From assembly GCA_049612225.1 (NCBI GenBank), contig JBMZBJ010000001.1, positions 310,885 to 374,884 of the forward strand: a stretch of DNA of 64,000 nt, given 5' to 3'. The notes under the pieces were generated by a model. That model ran no database searches. It saw only the letters and a list, made by a program, of their open reading frames with translations, and was not told where the DNA came from. Position 1 is the first letter of the stretch. Each line of letters starts with the position of its first letter. Origin of the DNA: Porticoccaceae bacterium. Its GTDB lineage: Bacteria; Pseudomonadota; Gammaproteobacteria; Pseudomonadales; Porticoccaceae. The translations under genes and the position numbers were made by a program. Positions 1-11,949 of the stretch are shown one piece after another.

Positions 1-701
1 AGATGATTTTGAACCATATCACGAAGCTGACCTACCTTGTCGTAGTAGGACCAGCGACCTTCAATACCCACCGTCTCAGCAGCTGTGATCTCCACATGAT
101 CAATGCAGCTATTATCCCATTGCGAATTAATCATTCGATTGGCAAAGCGCAGTGCCAGTAGGTTTTGCACTGTCTCTTTACCCAGATAATGGTCAATCCG
201 GTAGATATTGCGCTCTGGAAAATATTTACCCACCGTGTCATTGACCTCTTGGGAGCTCTCTAAATCATGCCCAATGGGTTTTTCCAGAACGATGCGCGCC
301 TGCTGATCGACGCAACCTGCACTATCTAAATGCTTGCAGATTGGACCGAACATGCTGGGCGGGGTGGCCATATAAAAAATTAGGGTTCTCCCCGCGAGCG
401 ACCACTGCTTTAACGCTTCAAATTGCTGTTTGCGCGAAAAGTCGATACGCAGATATTGCAGGCGTTGACTAAAGCGCTTCCAGACCTGTTCATCCCAACT
501 TTTTGCCAGATTTGACTTTAACAGTTCTTCAGTTGACTGCAGAAATGCGGGCGTATCCAACTCCTCTCGCGCCACGGCGGCGATTCGGATACCGCCGTCC
601 AGAAGCCCCGCCCGGTCCAACTGATAGAGCGCCGGAAACAGTTTGCGCCGGGCCAGATCACCGCGCGCACCAAAAACAACTAGATCAATTTTACTACTCA
701 T
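1..701 (-). CDS. zwf: Glucose-6-phosphate 1-dehydrogenase, N-terminal ~233 codons (gene runs off the left edge)
   Basis: Not in the ORF track because it has no stop in the window. Hand translation from the ATG at 699-701 gives [34 protein letters not shown]. At the window edge it reads ...[23 protein letters not shown]. Both are classic Zwf motifs. Confidence 0.85.
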   Translation of the reverse strand, partial: [233 protein letters not shown]

Positions 702-732
702 GGAGTACTTCTCCCCTATGATACTACGCTAC

Positions 733-1362
733 TTATTTTCTGCAGGTGGTTGCGAGTTCGACCGCCTCTCGCGCCAAAGTCTGAATATCATCCCAGCGCT
801 TATCCCGAATCAACTGTTTCTCGGCAATCCACGATCCGCCTACGGAAAGCACATTTGGCAGTTTCAGGTAGTCCGCTGCATTGTGCAACCCAATACCACC
901 TGTGGGACAAAACCTAGCACTGCTGAATGGTCCAGCCATAGCCTTTAGCGTGGCCACCCCGCCAGCGGCCTCGGCTGGAAAAAACTTAAAGGTTGTAAAC
1001 CCCCGCTCCATTGCGCACATCAGCTCACCCACAGTGGATATTCCCGGCAAAAATGGTACGGAGGAGTTTTCTGCCCAGCTCAACAACTGGTTGGTGATGC
1101 CCGGTGAAATCATAAACTGACAACCCAGATCCTCAGATAATTTTACCTGCTCCTCGCCACAGACGGTGCCAGTTCCGACAATTGCCTCGGGCACATGCTT
1201 GATAATCTGACGAATACCCTCGACAGCGGCATCCGTCCTTAATGTAATCTCTAAAACCTTTATGCCACCAGAGACCAAAGCTTCAGCCAGTGGTACAGCA
1301 TCTTCAACCTGCTCTATGGTAATAACCGGAATAATTGGGTTGGCGTCCAACATGGTCTGCAC
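733..1362 (-). CDS. eda: 2-keto-3-deoxy-6-phosphogluconate (KDPG) aldolase
   Basis: 209 aa, with PVITIEQVEDAVPLAEALVSGGIKVLEITLRT and a GTGTV...FKFFPAEA pattern typical of Eda. It sits in an Entner-Doudoroff gene block. Confidence 0.9.
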   Translation of the reverse strand: MQTMLDANPIIPVITIEQVEDAVPLAEALVSGGIKVLEITLRTDAAVEGIRQIIKHVPEAIVGTGTVCGEEQVKLSEDLGCQFMISPGITNQLLSWAENSSVPFLPGISTVGELMCAMERGFTTFKFFPAEAAGGVATLKAMAGPFSSARFCPTGGIGLHNAADYLKLPNVLSVGGSWIAEKQLIRDKRWDDIQTLAREAVELATTCRK

Positions 1363-1377
1363 AATTTTTCTCCTTGC

Positions 1378-2352
1378 TCAGCGATGAATCAATTTTTTTG
1401 CTGCTCCGAGAAGTCCTAAATTTTCACGGACCACTAGGAACACGGGGATGGGCTTGAGATAGTTGACAAACCGCCCCTTGTCTTCAAATTTATGGCGAAA
1501 CTGGCTAGCGATAAACAACGCTTGAAACCTAGGCACCACTCCGCCTGCCAGATAGATACCTCCTTTGGCACCCAAGGTGAGGGCCAAATTCCCAGCCGCA
1601 GCGCCCAGCCCCTCACAGAACATCTGCACTGTCTGCACTGCTTGAACGTCCTGTTGACTCTGAGCCGCTGCCACGATATCTGCTGGCGTCTCAAAGCTTG
1701 GAGGAACAGCGTTTAAGCTACAGAGTGCCCGATAAATATTCAGCAGCCCTTTACCTGATAGCAGTCGCTCAAGGGAAACCCTACCATACTGCTGACGAAG
1801 CACATCGACCACAGCAGCCTGCTGATTATCGATGGGCGCGTAATCGGCATGCCCACCCTCTGTATCTATAACCTGATAACTGTCTCCCCGAGGTATTAGG
1901 CCAGCAACACCCAGTCCGGTACCGGCCCCGAGAATACCGATCGGCCTATCAATCAACGGCTTGTCACCACCGATCTGCACCAGGTCATGGTCATCTAACT
2001 CAGTAATGCCGTGAGCCACCGCCTCGAAGTCATTGATCACTGCCAACTGTTCACAGTTTAGAAGCTGCTGCAACTCAGTTTTTGTGAATCGCCAGTGACT
2101 GTTGGTAAATTCAATCTCCTCATTGTCCGCCGGACAGGCCACGGCCAAGCAGGCACTTTGGGGCGCTCTGTCCCAGCCGGTCGCAGCGGCGATATCGCTG
2201 AGTACATCAGTCAATAAATCTGCAAACTGCGGGTGTTTTTCAACGGAGTATTGGAAAATATGCTGACTTTCCAAAGCACCCACGGGCAAAGCGGAAAATC
2301 GCGCATTGGTGCCGCCAATATCGGCAACTAAATTCCACTCTACGGGCATCAT
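1378..2352 (-). CDS. glk: Glucokinase
   Basis: 324 aa. The N-terminal LVADIGGTNARF ATP-binding motif and overall length fit Glk. The start abuts the edd stop. Confidence 0.88.
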   Translation of the reverse strand: MMPVEWNLVADIGGTNARFSALPVGALESQHIFQYSVEKHPQFADLLTDVLSDIAAATGWDRAPQSACLAVACPADNEEIEFTNSHWRFTKTELQQLLNCEQLAVINDFEAVAHGITELDDHDLVQIGGDKPLIDRPIGILGAGTGLGVAGLIPRGDSYQVIDTEGGHADYAPIDNQQAAVVDVLRQQYGRVSLERLLSGKGLLNIYRALCSLNAVPPSFETPADIVAAAQSQQDVQAVQTVQMFCEGLGAAAGNLALTLGAKGGIYLAGGVVPRFQALFIASQFRHKFEDKGRFVNYLKPIPVFLVVRENLGLLGAAKKLIHR

Positions 2353-4179
2353 CTAGACCTCGGGAAAGATAAATGAAGCGCCCTGTTCGGCACTGCTAAT
2401 ATTTTGCCGATTAACCGCAAACAGTTCGCGACCACAGCCCAGCTGCCCAGCGGCGGGCTGGGGTGCAGCATCTCGAGCCTGCAGTTCGTTGAGATCCACT
2501 AATACCGAGAGCTCACCGGTAGTCGCATCCAGACGAACCATATCTCCATCCTGAATTTTTGCTAACAATCCACCACTGGCGGCCTCTGGCACCAGATGGA
2601 TAGCCGCCGGAACCTTTCCTGAAGCGCCGGACATGCGGCCGTCAGTCAACAGCGCCACACTGTAGCCGCGATCCTGCAATGTACCCAAGAATGGCGTGAG
2701 CTTGTGAAGTTCCGGCATACCCAGTGCTCTGGGCCCCTGATAGCGAACCACCACCACACAGTCACGATCTAAGGCACCCGACTTAAACAGTGGCTCCAAC
2801 TGCTCCTGACTATCGATAACCACGGCGGGGGCTTCAACGATTTGATTGTCTTCAGCCACCGCAGAGACCTTGATAACTGCGCGCCCCAGATTACCCTGTA
2901 ACAGTCGCAACCCACCCTCAGTGGAAAATGGCTTTGCTGGGGTGGTCAGCACCTCAGTATCGAGAGGTGTCAGAGGTGAAGGTTTCCAAACCAAGTCTCC
3001 GTTCTCCTCAAGGCTGGGCTCCTGGATAAAATCTGCAAAGCTATCTCCCCAGGCGGTGTTGGCATCACCATGCATGTAACCGGCATCTAACAGCTGCCTA
3101 AACAGACAGCTAGTGCCCCCTGCAGCGTGAAAGTGGTTAACATCGGCCTGTCCGTTGGGATACACCTTAGCCAACAGTGGAACGGCGGCGGAGAGGTCCG
3201 CTATATCATCCCAATTTAGCAAGATCCCCGCAGCTCTGGCGATAGCAACCAGATGCATACTGTGGTTGGTAGAACCGCCCGAAGCCAACAGCGCCACGGT
3301 GCCATTGACAATCGCCCGCTCATCTACAACTCTGCCCACGGGCCGATAGTCGCTCCCCTGCGCAGTGATCCGCGCTATTTGGTAGCCGGCCTCTGTGGTC
3401 AGCTTGTCGCGCAATGGATTGTCGGGATTGACAAACGAACTGCCCGGCATCTGCAGCCCAAGGGCTTCTAAAACCACTTGGTTACTGTTAGCCGTGCCAT
3501 AAAAAGTACAGGTGCCATGACTGTGATAGGAATCGGACTCCGCCTGCAACAGCTCTTCACGGCCGATCTTGCCCTGCGCATACAGTTGACGAATTCGCTG
3601 CTTCTCCTTGTTAGGCAATCCCGACTCCATGGGTCCTGCGGGAACAAAAAGTGCCGGCAAGTAGCCAAAACTGAGGACACCCATCAATAGACCGGGAACA
3701 ATCTTGTCGCAGATCCCAAGCGCCAACACACCATCAAACATCTGATGGGAGAGCGCCACCGCAGAGGCCTGGGCAATCAGATCGCGACTCAACAGACTGA
3801 GCTCCATGCCGTCCTGTCCCTGAGTCACACCATCACACATCGCTGGGACACCGCCGGCGACTTGAGCAGTACAGCCAATCTCTCGCAGTGCCTGCTTGAG
3901 CTTGTCGGGATAAGTCGCGTAGGGCTGGTGAGCTGATAGCATATCGTTATAGGCAGTCACAATCCCTATATTGGCTGCTTCCATCAGGCGCAGGCTGTTT
4001 TTATCCTGCTCACCACAGGCGGCAAATCCATGGGCCAGGTTACCGCAACTCAACTTTCCGCGCTCTGGACGGTTGTTAAAATCTTCCTGCAAACGATGCA
4101 GATATGCAGCGCGCAAACTGGCACTTCGCTCTCTGATGCGCTCGGTAACCATAGCGATCTGATTGTTTACTTGGCCCAT
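2353..4179 (-). CDS. edd: Phosphogluconate dehydratase
   Basis: IlvD/Edd family ([18 protein letters not shown]). I trimmed the track start (TTG at 4215) to the ATG at 4177-4179 ([19 protein letters not shown]), which has a GGGAG ribosome-binding site 6 nt upstream. Confidence 0.9.
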   Translation of the reverse strand: MGQVNNQIAMVTERIRERSASLRAAYLHRLQEDFNNRPERGKLSCGNLAHGFAACGEQDKNSLRLMEAANIGIVTAYNDMLSAHQPYATYPDKLKQALREIGCTAQVAGGVPAMCDGVTQGQDGMELSLLSRDLIAQASAVALSHQMFDGVLALGICDKIVPGLLMGVLSFGYLPALFVPAGPMESGLPNKEKQRIRQLYAQGKIGREELLQAESDSYHSHGTCTFYGTANSNQVVLEALGLQMPGSSFVNPDNPLRDKLTTEAGYQIARITAQGSDYRPVGRVVDERAIVNGTVALLASGGSTNHSMHLVAIARAAGILLNWDDIADLSAAVPLLAKVYPNGQADVNHFHAAGGTSCLFRQLLDAGYMHGDANTAWGDSFADFIQEPSLEENGDLVWKPSPLTPLDTEVLTTPAKPFSTEGGLRLLQGNLGRAVIKVSAVAEDNQIVEAPAVVIDSQEQLEPLFKSGALDRDCVVVVRYQGPRALGMPELHKLTPFLGTLQDRGYSVALLTDGRMSGASGKVPAAIHLVPEAASGGLLAKIQDGDMVRLDATTGELSVLVDLNELQARDAAPQPAAGQLGCGRELFAVNRQNISSAEQGASFIFPEV

Positions 4180-4207
4180 ATCTGCTCCCAATTTTATTCG
4201 GTCTAAT

Positions 4208-4222
4208 TGTAACAAAATTACA
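4208..4222. promoter_or_regulatory. HexR-type operator candidate (TGTAACAAAATTACA)
   Basis: TGTAA-N5-TTACA palindrome in the edd/pgi divergent region. It matches the published gammaproteobacterial HexR motif TGTAAT-N3-ATTACA. Confidence 0.55.
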
Positions 4223-4260
4223 GGTTTTGACCAGTTATTCCCCTAGTTTCTGGCAAAAAA

Positions 4261-4275
4261 TGTAATTTTATTACA
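4261..4275. promoter_or_regulatory. HexR-type operator candidate (TGTAATTTTATTACA)
   Basis: Perfect 15-bp palindrome TGTAAT-TTT-ATTACA, 10 nt upstream of a TATAAT hexamer (4285-4290) facing pgi. Confidence 0.6.
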
Positions 4276-4477
4276 CAAAAAACGTATAATCCCAATGGAC
4301 TGCTATCGGATTAATCTAAATAGACAGGTAGAATTTTAACATCCCGTACTGACAAAAGCTTATCTGTGATCTGCTGTGGTATTTTGCTCACTGATTCAAC
4401 CCTGTAGTATTCTAGTACTAGTTTTCAATTAAATGACATTTCGCCTCCGCCCGTCGCGGATAAACAGGACATCGCCG

Positions 4478-6085
4478 ATGAACAACACTGCCTACTCACC
4501 CATCAATACCCCTGCATGGCAACAACTTGAAAAGCTGGCGAGCCAGCTCAACAATCCGGAATCGCCTACAACCATTAAAGCACTGTTTGACAATGATGAG
4601 AGTAGAACTGACAAATACAGCCTGCAAGTCGGCGAGCTACTGCTAGATTTCTCGAAAAATCTAGTCAGTGATCAAGTCTGGCAATCCCTTCTGGAACTTG
4701 CAGAGCAATCACCACTGCTTGCCCACCGCGACGCGATGTTCGCTGGTGCGCCCATCAATCGGACCGAGAACCGAGCGGTTTTGCATACGGCGCTGCGAGC
4801 CTCAACGGAAGATGACGACAGCGGGGAATTTAAGCAGCGTATCAGTCAGGTAACTGAACAACTGCAAGCTGTAAAACAGGTCAGTGAAAAAATTCGCAGT
4901 GGCAACTGGCTGGGCAGTACCGGCAAGCCGATCACTGATGTGGTCAATATAGGTATCGGCGGCTCCGATCTGGGCCCCAAGCTGGCGTGCAATGCCCTGG
5001 AGGAATACCGGCATCCAGGCATTGATCTACACTTTATCTCCAATGTGGACGGCGCACAGATTCTCTCCACGCTGAAGAAACTGAACCCAGAGACCACCCT
5101 AGTCTCTATAGCCAGCAAAACCTTTACTACCCAAGAGACCCTGTTAAATGCTAAAACCGCCATCAGCTGGTTCAAGGAGCACCTTGGATTAGAAAATCCC
5201 CAGACCAGCCGGCACTTTATCGGACTAACCGCCAATCCCAGTGCCGCCCTCGCCTATGGCATTCCGCCATCGCAAATCCTGGAATTTTCAGACTGGGTTG
5301 GCGGTCGTTACTCGCTGTGGTCGAGCATCGGACTCTCCATTGCCATTGCCATTGGCTTCGAAAATTTTCAACAGATGCTGGCCGGCGCCAGAGCAATGGA
5401 CAGACACTTTAAAGAGGCTCCTCTGGCGCAAAATATGCCGGTGATTCTGGCACTTCTGGGTGTTTGGTACAGCAACTTTATAAAGATTCAGTCCACTGCG
5501 GTGATCCCCTACTGTGAGCGTCTGGCTCTACTGCCGGCCTACCTGCAGCAATTGGATATGGAGAGCAACGGCAAATCTACCAACCTCGATGGACAGCAAG
5601 TTGATTACCAAACCGGGCCTATTCTGTGGGGTCAGACCGGCACCAACGGTCAGCACGCCTTTTTTCAACTGCTACATCAGGGTACCAGATTGGCGCCGGT
5701 TGACTTTATCGCTGCCGTGACCGACCCGCTGAGCAACCCCGAACATCATCGAGTTCTGTTGGGTAATATGCTGGCTCAGGCATCGGCGCTGATGCTAGGT
5801 CAAGCTGCCCATGAGGGAGAGCCACACCGGCACTATGCCGGCGACAAACCCTCCAATGTACTGCTGCTAGAACGCCTATCGCCAAAAAATTTCGGTGCCT
5901 TAATAGCGCTGTACGAGCACAAAGTTTTTGTTCAGGGAAGCCTGTGGAATATTAACTCCTTTGATCAGTGGGGAGTGGAGCTGGGCAAGAAAATGGCCAA
6001 TGAACTTCTGGGCGATTCATCCAAAACAGCCAATTTCGATGCCTCTACCGAAGCGCTATTTGACTATATCAGTGAAAGAACCTAG
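4478..6085 (+). CDS. pgi: Glucose-6-phosphate isomerase
   Basis: PGI family (GIGGSDLGP, ...NGQHAFFQLLHQG...). Start moved to MNNTAYSPINTPAWQQL by analogy with the enterobacterial Pgi N-terminus. Confidence 0.92.
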   Translation: MNNTAYSPINTPAWQQLEKLASQLNNPESPTTIKALFDNDESRTDKYSLQVGELLLDFSKNLVSDQVWQSLLELAEQSPLLAHRDAMFAGAPINRTENRAVLHTALRASTEDDDSGEFKQRISQVTEQLQAVKQVSEKIRSGNWLGSTGKPITDVVNIGIGGSDLGPKLACNALEEYRHPGIDLHFISNVDGAQILSTLKKLNPETTLVSIASKTFTTQETLLNAKTAISWFKEHLGLENPQTSRHFIGLTANPSAALAYGIPPSQILEFSDWVGGRYSLWSSIGLSIAIAIGFENFQQMLAGARAMDRHFKEAPLAQNMPVILALLGVWYSNFIKIQSTAVIPYCERLALLPAYLQQLDMESNGKSTNLDGQQVDYQTGPILWGQTGTNGQHAFFQLLHQGTRLAPVDFIAAVTDPLSNPEHHRVLLGNMLAQASALMLGQAAHEGEPHRHYAGDKPSNVLLLERLSPKNFGALIALYEHKVFVQGSLWNINSFDQWGVELGKKMANELLGDSSKTANFDASTEALFDYISERT

Positions 6086-6088
6086 CCC

Positions 6089-7024
6089 CTAAAGCCTGAG
6101 CTCTTTTGGCAGGGAAAAACTAATGGTCTCGGTGACACCGTCCAGCTCAACAGGAGGTTGGGCGCCCAGATCAACCAGCCTATCGACAACACCGCGCACT
6201 AAGACCTCTGGTGCCGATGCGCCAGCAGTGACACCAACAGTCCCTGCAGACTGCAGCCAATCTGCCTGTATATCCTCGGCACCATCAATTAAAAAGGCCT
6301 CACATCCACAGCGCTCAGCCAACTCCTTGAGGCGATTTGAGTTTGAACTGGTCACTGATCCAACCACTAGCACTACATCAGATTCCAGCGCCAACTGCTT
6401 GACCGCATCCTGTCTATTTTGCGTGGCATAGCAAATATCATCTTTGCGGGGACCCACAATTGGGGGAAATCTGCGTCTCAAGGCGGCAATTACCAGAGCG
6501 GTATCATCCATAGATAAGGTGGTCTGGGTGACATAGGCGAGCTTTTCGGGATTACAAACCTGTAGTGTCTCTACATCCTCCTCACTCTCTACCAAATAGA
6601 TTCGCCCACCGGCAGAGGTATCGTATTGTCCCATGGTGCCCTCTACTTCCGGGTGACCTCTGTGACCAATCAAAACGCACTCCCTGCCCTCAGCACTGTA
6701 CTTGCTGACTTCGAGATGGACTTTGGTAACCAGGGGGCAGGTGGCGTCGAATACCTTTAAGTGCCTTACCGCAGCTTGGCGTTGAACCTCCTGAGAAACC
6801 CCATGGGCGCTGAAAATGACCACCACATCGTCGGGAATTTCCTCAATCTCGTCGACAAATACCGCTCCGCGAGCACGCAATTCATCCACCACAAACTTAT
6901 TGTGTACAACCTCATGGCGCACATAGACGGGCGCTCCAAACTGATCCAGAGCCAGATTAACAATATCAATAGCCCGGTCTACGCCGGCACAAAAGCCTCT
7001 GGGATTGGCGAGCTTCACTTGCAC
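6089..7024 (-). CDS. ispH: 4-hydroxy-3-methylbut-2-enyl diphosphate reductase
   Basis: 311 aa. It has [14 protein letters not shown] and the other conserved Cys contexts ([19 protein letters not shown]). It lies in the conserved ileS-lspA-fkpB-ispH context. Confidence 0.93.
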   Translation of the reverse strand: MQVKLANPRGFCAGVDRAIDIVNLALDQFGAPVYVRHEVVHNKFVVDELRARGAVFVDEIEEIPDDVVVIFSAHGVSQEVQRQAAVRHLKVFDATCPLVTKVHLEVSKYSAEGRECVLIGHRGHPEVEGTMGQYDTSAGGRIYLVESEEDVETLQVCNPEKLAYVTQTTLSMDDTALVIAALRRRFPPIVGPRKDDICYATQNRQDAVKQLALESDVVLVVGSVTSSNSNRLKELAERCGCEAFLIDGAEDIQADWLQSAGTVGVTAGASAPEVLVRGVVDRLVDLGAQPPVELDGVTETISFSLPKELRL

Positions 7025-7042
7025 GGGATCAACGCCTCACAA

Positions 7043-7483
7043 TTAATGCAGAGTGGCGGGTGCTAGATTAATAATATCCACCCGAAAAATAATACTGTGT
7101 CCAGACAGGGGGTGATTGAAATCCACTGTAACCTGTTCGGTTCCAACTTCGGTAATCACACCGGGGAGTTCACCATCGCCATTTTGAAAGGAGAACACTG
7201 CACCCGGCTCAAGCTCCTGTTGGTCGAAGTGACTGCGATCTACCTGCTGGATATTCTCCGGGTTGCGCTGACCAAAGGCACTGGCAGGTGGCAGGGTAAA
7301 CTCGCGTTGATCGCCTGCTCTGAGCCCCACGAGCTTTTGCTCAAATCCGGGCAACAAATTGCCATCGCCCAGGGTAAATGTCGCCGGTTTCTTGTCATAA
7401 TTAGAGTCTACAATCTCACCGTTCTCCAGTGCTAGTGAGAAGTGCAGGGTCACTTGAACACCGGTATCAATAGTAATGCTCAT
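7043..7483 (-). CDS. fkpB: FKBP-type peptidyl-prolyl cis-trans isomerase
   Basis: 146 aa FKBP/SlpA-like sequence located between lspA and ispH, as in E. coli. Confidence 0.8.
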   Translation of the reverse strand: MSITIDTGVQVTLHFSLALENGEIVDSNYDKKPATFTLGDGNLLPGFEQKLVGLRAGDQREFTLPPASAFGQRNPENIQQVDRSHFDQQELEPGAVFSFQNGDGELPGVITEVGTEQVTVDFNHPLSGHSIIFRVDIINLAPATLH

Positions 7484-8004
7484 GGGGCATCAACCTCTTT
7501 GTTATCAGTTTGGTCAGTGCGGTTTAAAAAACCATCTGCCAGTATCAACAGGGCACCCAAGGTAATGCCAGAATCAGCTACATTAAACGCGGGAAAATGC
7601 CAGCCAGACCAGTGAAAGTCTAAAAAGTCTACAACAAAGCCCAGTGTCACTCGATCGTAGAGGTTGCCCAACGCACCCCCTAGTATCAATCCCAGAGCCA
7701 GTCCTTCAAGCTTTTTCTGCGGCGATAGGCGCGCAATCCAAACTATCAGCACCACACTGACCACAGCGGCAAAAATACTAAAACCCCAGCGCTGCCAGCC
7801 GCCCTCATTATCCAAGAAGCTGAACGCCGCGCCGTAGTTGCGCACATGGACCAAATTAAAAAATGCAGTAATGCTATCACCGGTACCATAGGTATAATTT
7901 TCGACGATCCATAACTTGGTGAGCTGATCGGCCAGCAACAGCACTGCTGCGATGGCAAACCACAGCCAAGCTGGTGACTGCAAATTAAAGCGGCTTTTAG
8001 GCAT
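7480..8004 (-). CDS. lspA: Lipoprotein signal peptidase (signal peptidase II)
   Basis: Membrane protein with ...NYGAAFSFL... and FNVADS motifs. Start trimmed to MPKSRFNLQ (ATG 8002-8004), which overlaps the ileS stop by 8 nt. Confidence 0.88.
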   Translation of the reverse strand: MPKSRFNLQSPAWLWFAIAAVLLLADQLTKLWIVENYTYGTGDSITAFFNLVHVRNYGAAFSFLDNEGGWQRWGFSIFAAVVSVVLIVWIARLSPQKKLEGLALGLILGGALGNLYDRVTLGFVVDFLDFHWSGWHFPAFNVADSGITLGALLILADGFLNRTDQTDNKEVDAP

Positions 8005-10831
8005 AGTGGCGAACCTCGCCCTCAGTGCTGATATTTTCAATACAGCGACCGCAGATCTGCGGGTGCTCCTGGTGGCTACCAACATCATCGATAAAGTGCC
8101 AACAGCGCACACATTTTTCCGCGGTAGCGCGATCAACTACTATCTTCAACTGCTCCAGAGTCGAGTCTTGAGCATTGCCACTAACCTGTTGCAGGGGCAT
8201 CAGCTGTGCCTTTGAAGTGATGGTCACAAAGCGCAACTCATCGCCGAGCTTGGCCAGTGATTGATAAATCTCAGGACCGGCAAAAAGCTGAATATTCGCC
8301 TGCAGTGAACCCTTGACGAGGCCTTCAACACGCTGCGCTTCCAACACCTTATTAATCGCCTCCTTGGCCTGTAAGATAACCTCCCAGTCCCCTTTGTCAA
8401 TTTTCTCCTGAGTGGTCAAGCGCGGCAATGGGTGCCATTCAGCGACAAAAACTGACCCCTGTCGATCGCCGGGCATAAAGCCCCAGATTTCATGAGCGGT
8501 AAAACTGAGTATCGGCGCAATCCAGCGCACAAAGGCCTCGGCGATATGATAGAGCGCCGTCTGCGCCGACCGACGTGGCAGACTGTTCTCACCACAGGTA
8601 TAGATGCGGTCCTTGATAATATCCAAGTAAAATCCGCCCATATCGCGGACACAGAAGTTGTGCAATTTTTGATAGATCTGATGGAACTGGAAATTGTCGT
8701 AGTGACTGATAATGTCGTCCTGCAATTGGGCTGCACAGTCCAGCGCCCAGCGATCCAACGCCAGTAGATCGCCATGTTCCACACTGTGCTGTTGCGGATC
8801 GAAACCATCAATATTGGACAGAAAGTAGCGCGCGGTATTGCGAATGCGGCGGTAGGAATCACCGGCGCGCTTGAGGATCTCATCCGAGACTGTCATCTCA
8901 GCACTAAAATCGGCACTGGCCACCCACAGGCGCAGCACATCGGCACCCAGTTCATTGATAACCTTTTGCGGAGAGACTACATTGCCAATTGACTTGGACA
9001 TCTTGCGGCCGTTTTCATCCACAGTAAACCCGTGGGTTAATACCGCTTTGTAAGGCGCCGACCCATTGATGGCAATTGCCGTTTTCAGCGATGACTGAAA
9101 CCAGCCGCGATGCTGATCTGAGCCCTCCAAATAGAGATCTGCGGGATAGCGCAACGCCTGTCTAGCATCAATTACCGAGCTGTGGGTCACGCCGGAATCA
9201 AACCAGACATCCAGAGTATCGGTAACCTTTTGATAATCGGCAGTCTCCGCACCCAAAAAATCGGCATCATCGGCCTCGAACCAAGCATCCATACCCTGCT
9301 GCTCTACCCGGTCAGCAACTCGCCCCATAATCTCGGCGGTATCGGGGTGAAGCTCTCCGGTTTGACGATGGACGAACAGGGGAATAGGCACTCCCCAGGT
9401 ACGCTGTCTCGAGATACACCAATCGGGACTGGCCTCGAGCATGGCTTCAATACGCGCCTGGCCCCAAGAGGGGTGCCAGCTCACCGATTTAACCGCCTGC
9501 ACAGCCTGCTCTAGCAGGCCATTTTGCTCCATGGAGATAAACCACTGGGGTGTTGCTCTGTAGATAAGCGGCGTTTTAGTTCGCCAGCAGTGGGCGTAAC
9601 TGTGGGTAATTTTGCCACAACTCAACAGACGCCCTTTCGATCGCAACAGATCGATAATAGCATCGTCCACCTTGTAGACATGCTGGCCGGCAAATTGCAC
9701 CACATCATCCCTAAACACACCGTTGCCCAGCACATAATTCAGCGTGCCAATGCCGTACTGTCTGGCGACATTAAAATCATCAACACCGTGATCTGGCGCG
9801 GTGTGCACACATCCGGTACCGGCTTCGGTGGTCACATGATCCCCCAGTAACACCGGTATCTGACGCTGATAAAAAGGATGGTCTGTGATCAGGTGCTCAA
9901 GGTCAGCACCACGACAGCAACCCAAAATACTGTATTCATCCATTTCAATGCGCGCCATTACCGATGCCACGAGTTCAGAACAACAAATCAGCCTGAACTG
10001 ATCACCGCCTGAGCCGCATTGCACTAGGCTGTATTCCAAATCGGCACCCACAGCGATCGCTTGACTGCTGGGCAGGGTCCAGGGGGTAGTGGTCCATATG
10101 ACCACACTGATCTCACCCTGACCGGGCAGACCGTCAAAGGCTTTTGTCAAATTTTCCAGTTGGCTCTGATCACTGACTGGATAGGCCACATCCACAGAAT
10201 TTGAGGTCTTGTCCTGATATTCCACCTCCGCCTCAGCCAGAGCAGAGCCACCCACCACGCTCCAATAAACCGGCTTGTAACCCTTGACCAAGTGCCCATT
10301 TTCGGCAATTTTGCCAAGGGCGCGAATAATATCCGCCTCGACATCAAAGTTCATAGTGAGGTAGGGATTTTGCCAATCGCCTAAAACGCCGAGTCTGACA
10401 AAATCTCTTCGCTGGCCATCAACTTGACGCAGTGCATAGTCTCGGCACTTCTGTCGAAACTTGCTGTACTCAACTTTGACCCCAGCTTTACCAATCTTTT
10501 TTTCTACATTGTGCTCAATCGGAAGTCCATGACAGTCCCATCCGGGAATATAGGGGGCATCAAAACCGCTCATGGTCTTTGCTTTGACAATAATATCTTT
10601 CAGCGTCTTGTTGACCGCATGGCCCAGATGAATATCACCATTGGCATAGGGGGGGCCGTCATGCAGAATATATTGCTCACGGCCATCTCTAGCCTCTCTG
10701 ATTTGCCCATACAAATCATTGTCCTGCCACTGCTTTAATATTGCCGGCTCGCGCTGGGCGAGATTGGCACGCATGGGAAATTGGGTTTGCGGCAAATTCA
10801 GCGTTGCCTTGTAATCTGTTTTTTCAGTCAT
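7997..10831 (-). CDS. ileS: Isoleucine--tRNA ligase
   Basis: 944 aa. It has the class I HIGH motif ([12 protein letters not shown]), KMSKS, and a C-terminal zinc-finger Cys pair (CVRCWH...CGRC). Confidence 0.97.
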   Translation of the reverse strand: MTEKTDYKATLNLPQTQFPMRANLAQREPAILKQWQDNDLYGQIREARDGREQYILHDGPPYANGDIHLGHAVNKTLKDIIVKAKTMSGFDAPYIPGWDCHGLPIEHNVEKKIGKAGVKVEYSKFRQKCRDYALRQVDGQRRDFVRLGVLGDWQNPYLTMNFDVEADIIRALGKIAENGHLVKGYKPVYWSVVGGSALAEAEVEYQDKTSNSVDVAYPVSDQSQLENLTKAFDGLPGQGEISVVIWTTTPWTLPSSQAIAVGADLEYSLVQCGSGGDQFRLICCSELVASVMARIEMDEYSILGCCRGADLEHLITDHPFYQRQIPVLLGDHVTTEAGTGCVHTAPDHGVDDFNVARQYGIGTLNYVLGNGVFRDDVVQFAGQHVYKVDDAIIDLLRSKGRLLSCGKITHSYAHCWRTKTPLIYRATPQWFISMEQNGLLEQAVQAVKSVSWHPSWGQARIEAMLEASPDWCISRQRTWGVPIPLFVHRQTGELHPDTAEIMGRVADRVEQQGMDAWFEADDADFLGAETADYQKVTDTLDVWFDSGVTHSSVIDARQALRYPADLYLEGSDQHRGWFQSSLKTAIAINGSAPYKAVLTHGFTVDENGRKMSKSIGNVVSPQKVINELGADVLRLWVASADFSAEMTVSDEILKRAGDSYRRIRNTARYFLSNIDGFDPQQHSVEHGDLLALDRWALDCAAQLQDDIISHYDNFQFHQIYQKLHNFCVRDMGGFYLDIIKDRIYTCGENSLPRRSAQTALYHIAEAFVRWIAPILSFTAHEIWGFMPGDRQGSVFVAEWHPLPRLTTQEKIDKGDWEVILQAKEAINKVLEAQRVEGLVKGSLQANIQLFAGPEIYQSLAKLGDELRFVTITSKAQLMPLQQVSGNAQDSTLEQLKIVVDRATAEKCVRCWHFIDDVGSHQEHPQICGRCIENISTEGEVRHYA

Positions 10832-10846
10832 CTTGACCCTAATTTG

Positions 10847-11833
10847 TTAGGTATCTGGGCGACCAGCTTGGTCGAACCAGTTGGTAATTTTTTCTATATC
10901 AACACGAATATTGCTGACTAGGTGTTCCACTGAAGTAAATTTTTGCTCATCTCTAATCTTGTGCAGAAATTCCACATTGATACGCCGACCGTAGAGATTT
11001 TGATCGAAATCCAGAAGATGCACCTCTAGTATGGGTCTAATAAGATCTCCCACCGTTGGCCGCACCCCGACATTGGCTGCACCTCTGTACTGCTGTGAAC
11101 AACCCTCCACTTGAACTAACACTGCATAGACTCCCGATAGCGGTGCCCGATAGCGGTTTAACTGCACATTGGCAGTGGGAAAACCCAGCTCTCGCCCCAG
11201 GTGCTGGCCGTGAAACACACGCCCGGAAATCGCAAATGGTCTGCCGATCAGCCGGGCAACCTGCTGAAAATCCCCGCACTCAAGGCATTTTCGCACCCGA
11301 GTGCTACTGACCCGCTCACCATCAACAACCAATGTGGGCGTATCCCAGACTTGAAAATCTAGCGTCTTTCCCATGTGCATCAGGGTATTAAAATCACCAG
11401 TGCGATCGCAGCCAAAGCGAAAATCATCGCCCACAATAAGCTGCTTGGTGGCCAGACCATCCACCAGCACCAACTGAACAAACTGCTCAGCAGTCAAGTC
11501 TCTGAGCTTGCTGTTAAACTGCAGACAGACCACATAGTGCATGCCAAAATTCAGTAGCGACTGGATCTTTTCGCGCATTCGCATCAGTCGGGCAGGTGCC
11601 TGCTGGGGCGAAAAATACTCCCGCGGCTGGGGCTCAAAAGTCACTGCCACCGCAGGTATATCCAGTTCTTCAGCCCTGCTGCGTACCTGCTCTAGGATAG
11701 TTTGATGCCCGCGGTGCACACCATCAAACGAACCAATTGTCACCACTGAACGTCGGCCGCCCAGTCGCAACTTTCGAGGGTCGCGAGTAAAGATTACACT
11801 GCCCAGTTTTGATCCCAAATTTTGCATGCTCAA
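10847..11833 (-). CDS. ribF: Bifunctional riboflavin kinase / FMN adenylyltransferase
   Basis: TIGSFDGVHRGHQ motif and a C-terminal riboflavin kinase domain, located upstream of ileS. The exact start is uncertain. Confidence 0.9.
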   Translation of the reverse strand: MSMQNLGSKLGSVIFTRDPRKLRLGGRRSVVTIGSFDGVHRGHQTILEQVRSRAEELDIPAVAVTFEPQPREYFSPQQAPARLMRMREKIQSLLNFGMHYVVCLQFNSKLRDLTAEQFVQLVLVDGLATKQLIVGDDFRFGCDRTGDFNTLMHMGKTLDFQVWDTPTLVVDGERVSSTRVRKCLECGDFQQVARLIGRPFAISGRVFHGQHLGRELGFPTANVQLNRYRAPLSGVYAVLVQVEGCSQQYRGAANVGVRPTVGDLIRPILEVHLLDFDQNLYGRRINVEFLHKIRDEQKFTSVEHLVSNIRVDIEKITNWFDQAGRPDT

Positions 11834-11949
11834 GATGTACTATTTTATAGTGATTAGTCGCTATCAAGCAATCATACACTAGCTGTGATGCCGCCATTTT
11901 TTGCCGCGTGGAACACTGTGCTCTGTCGGCCAGGCAAACCCATGATTAA

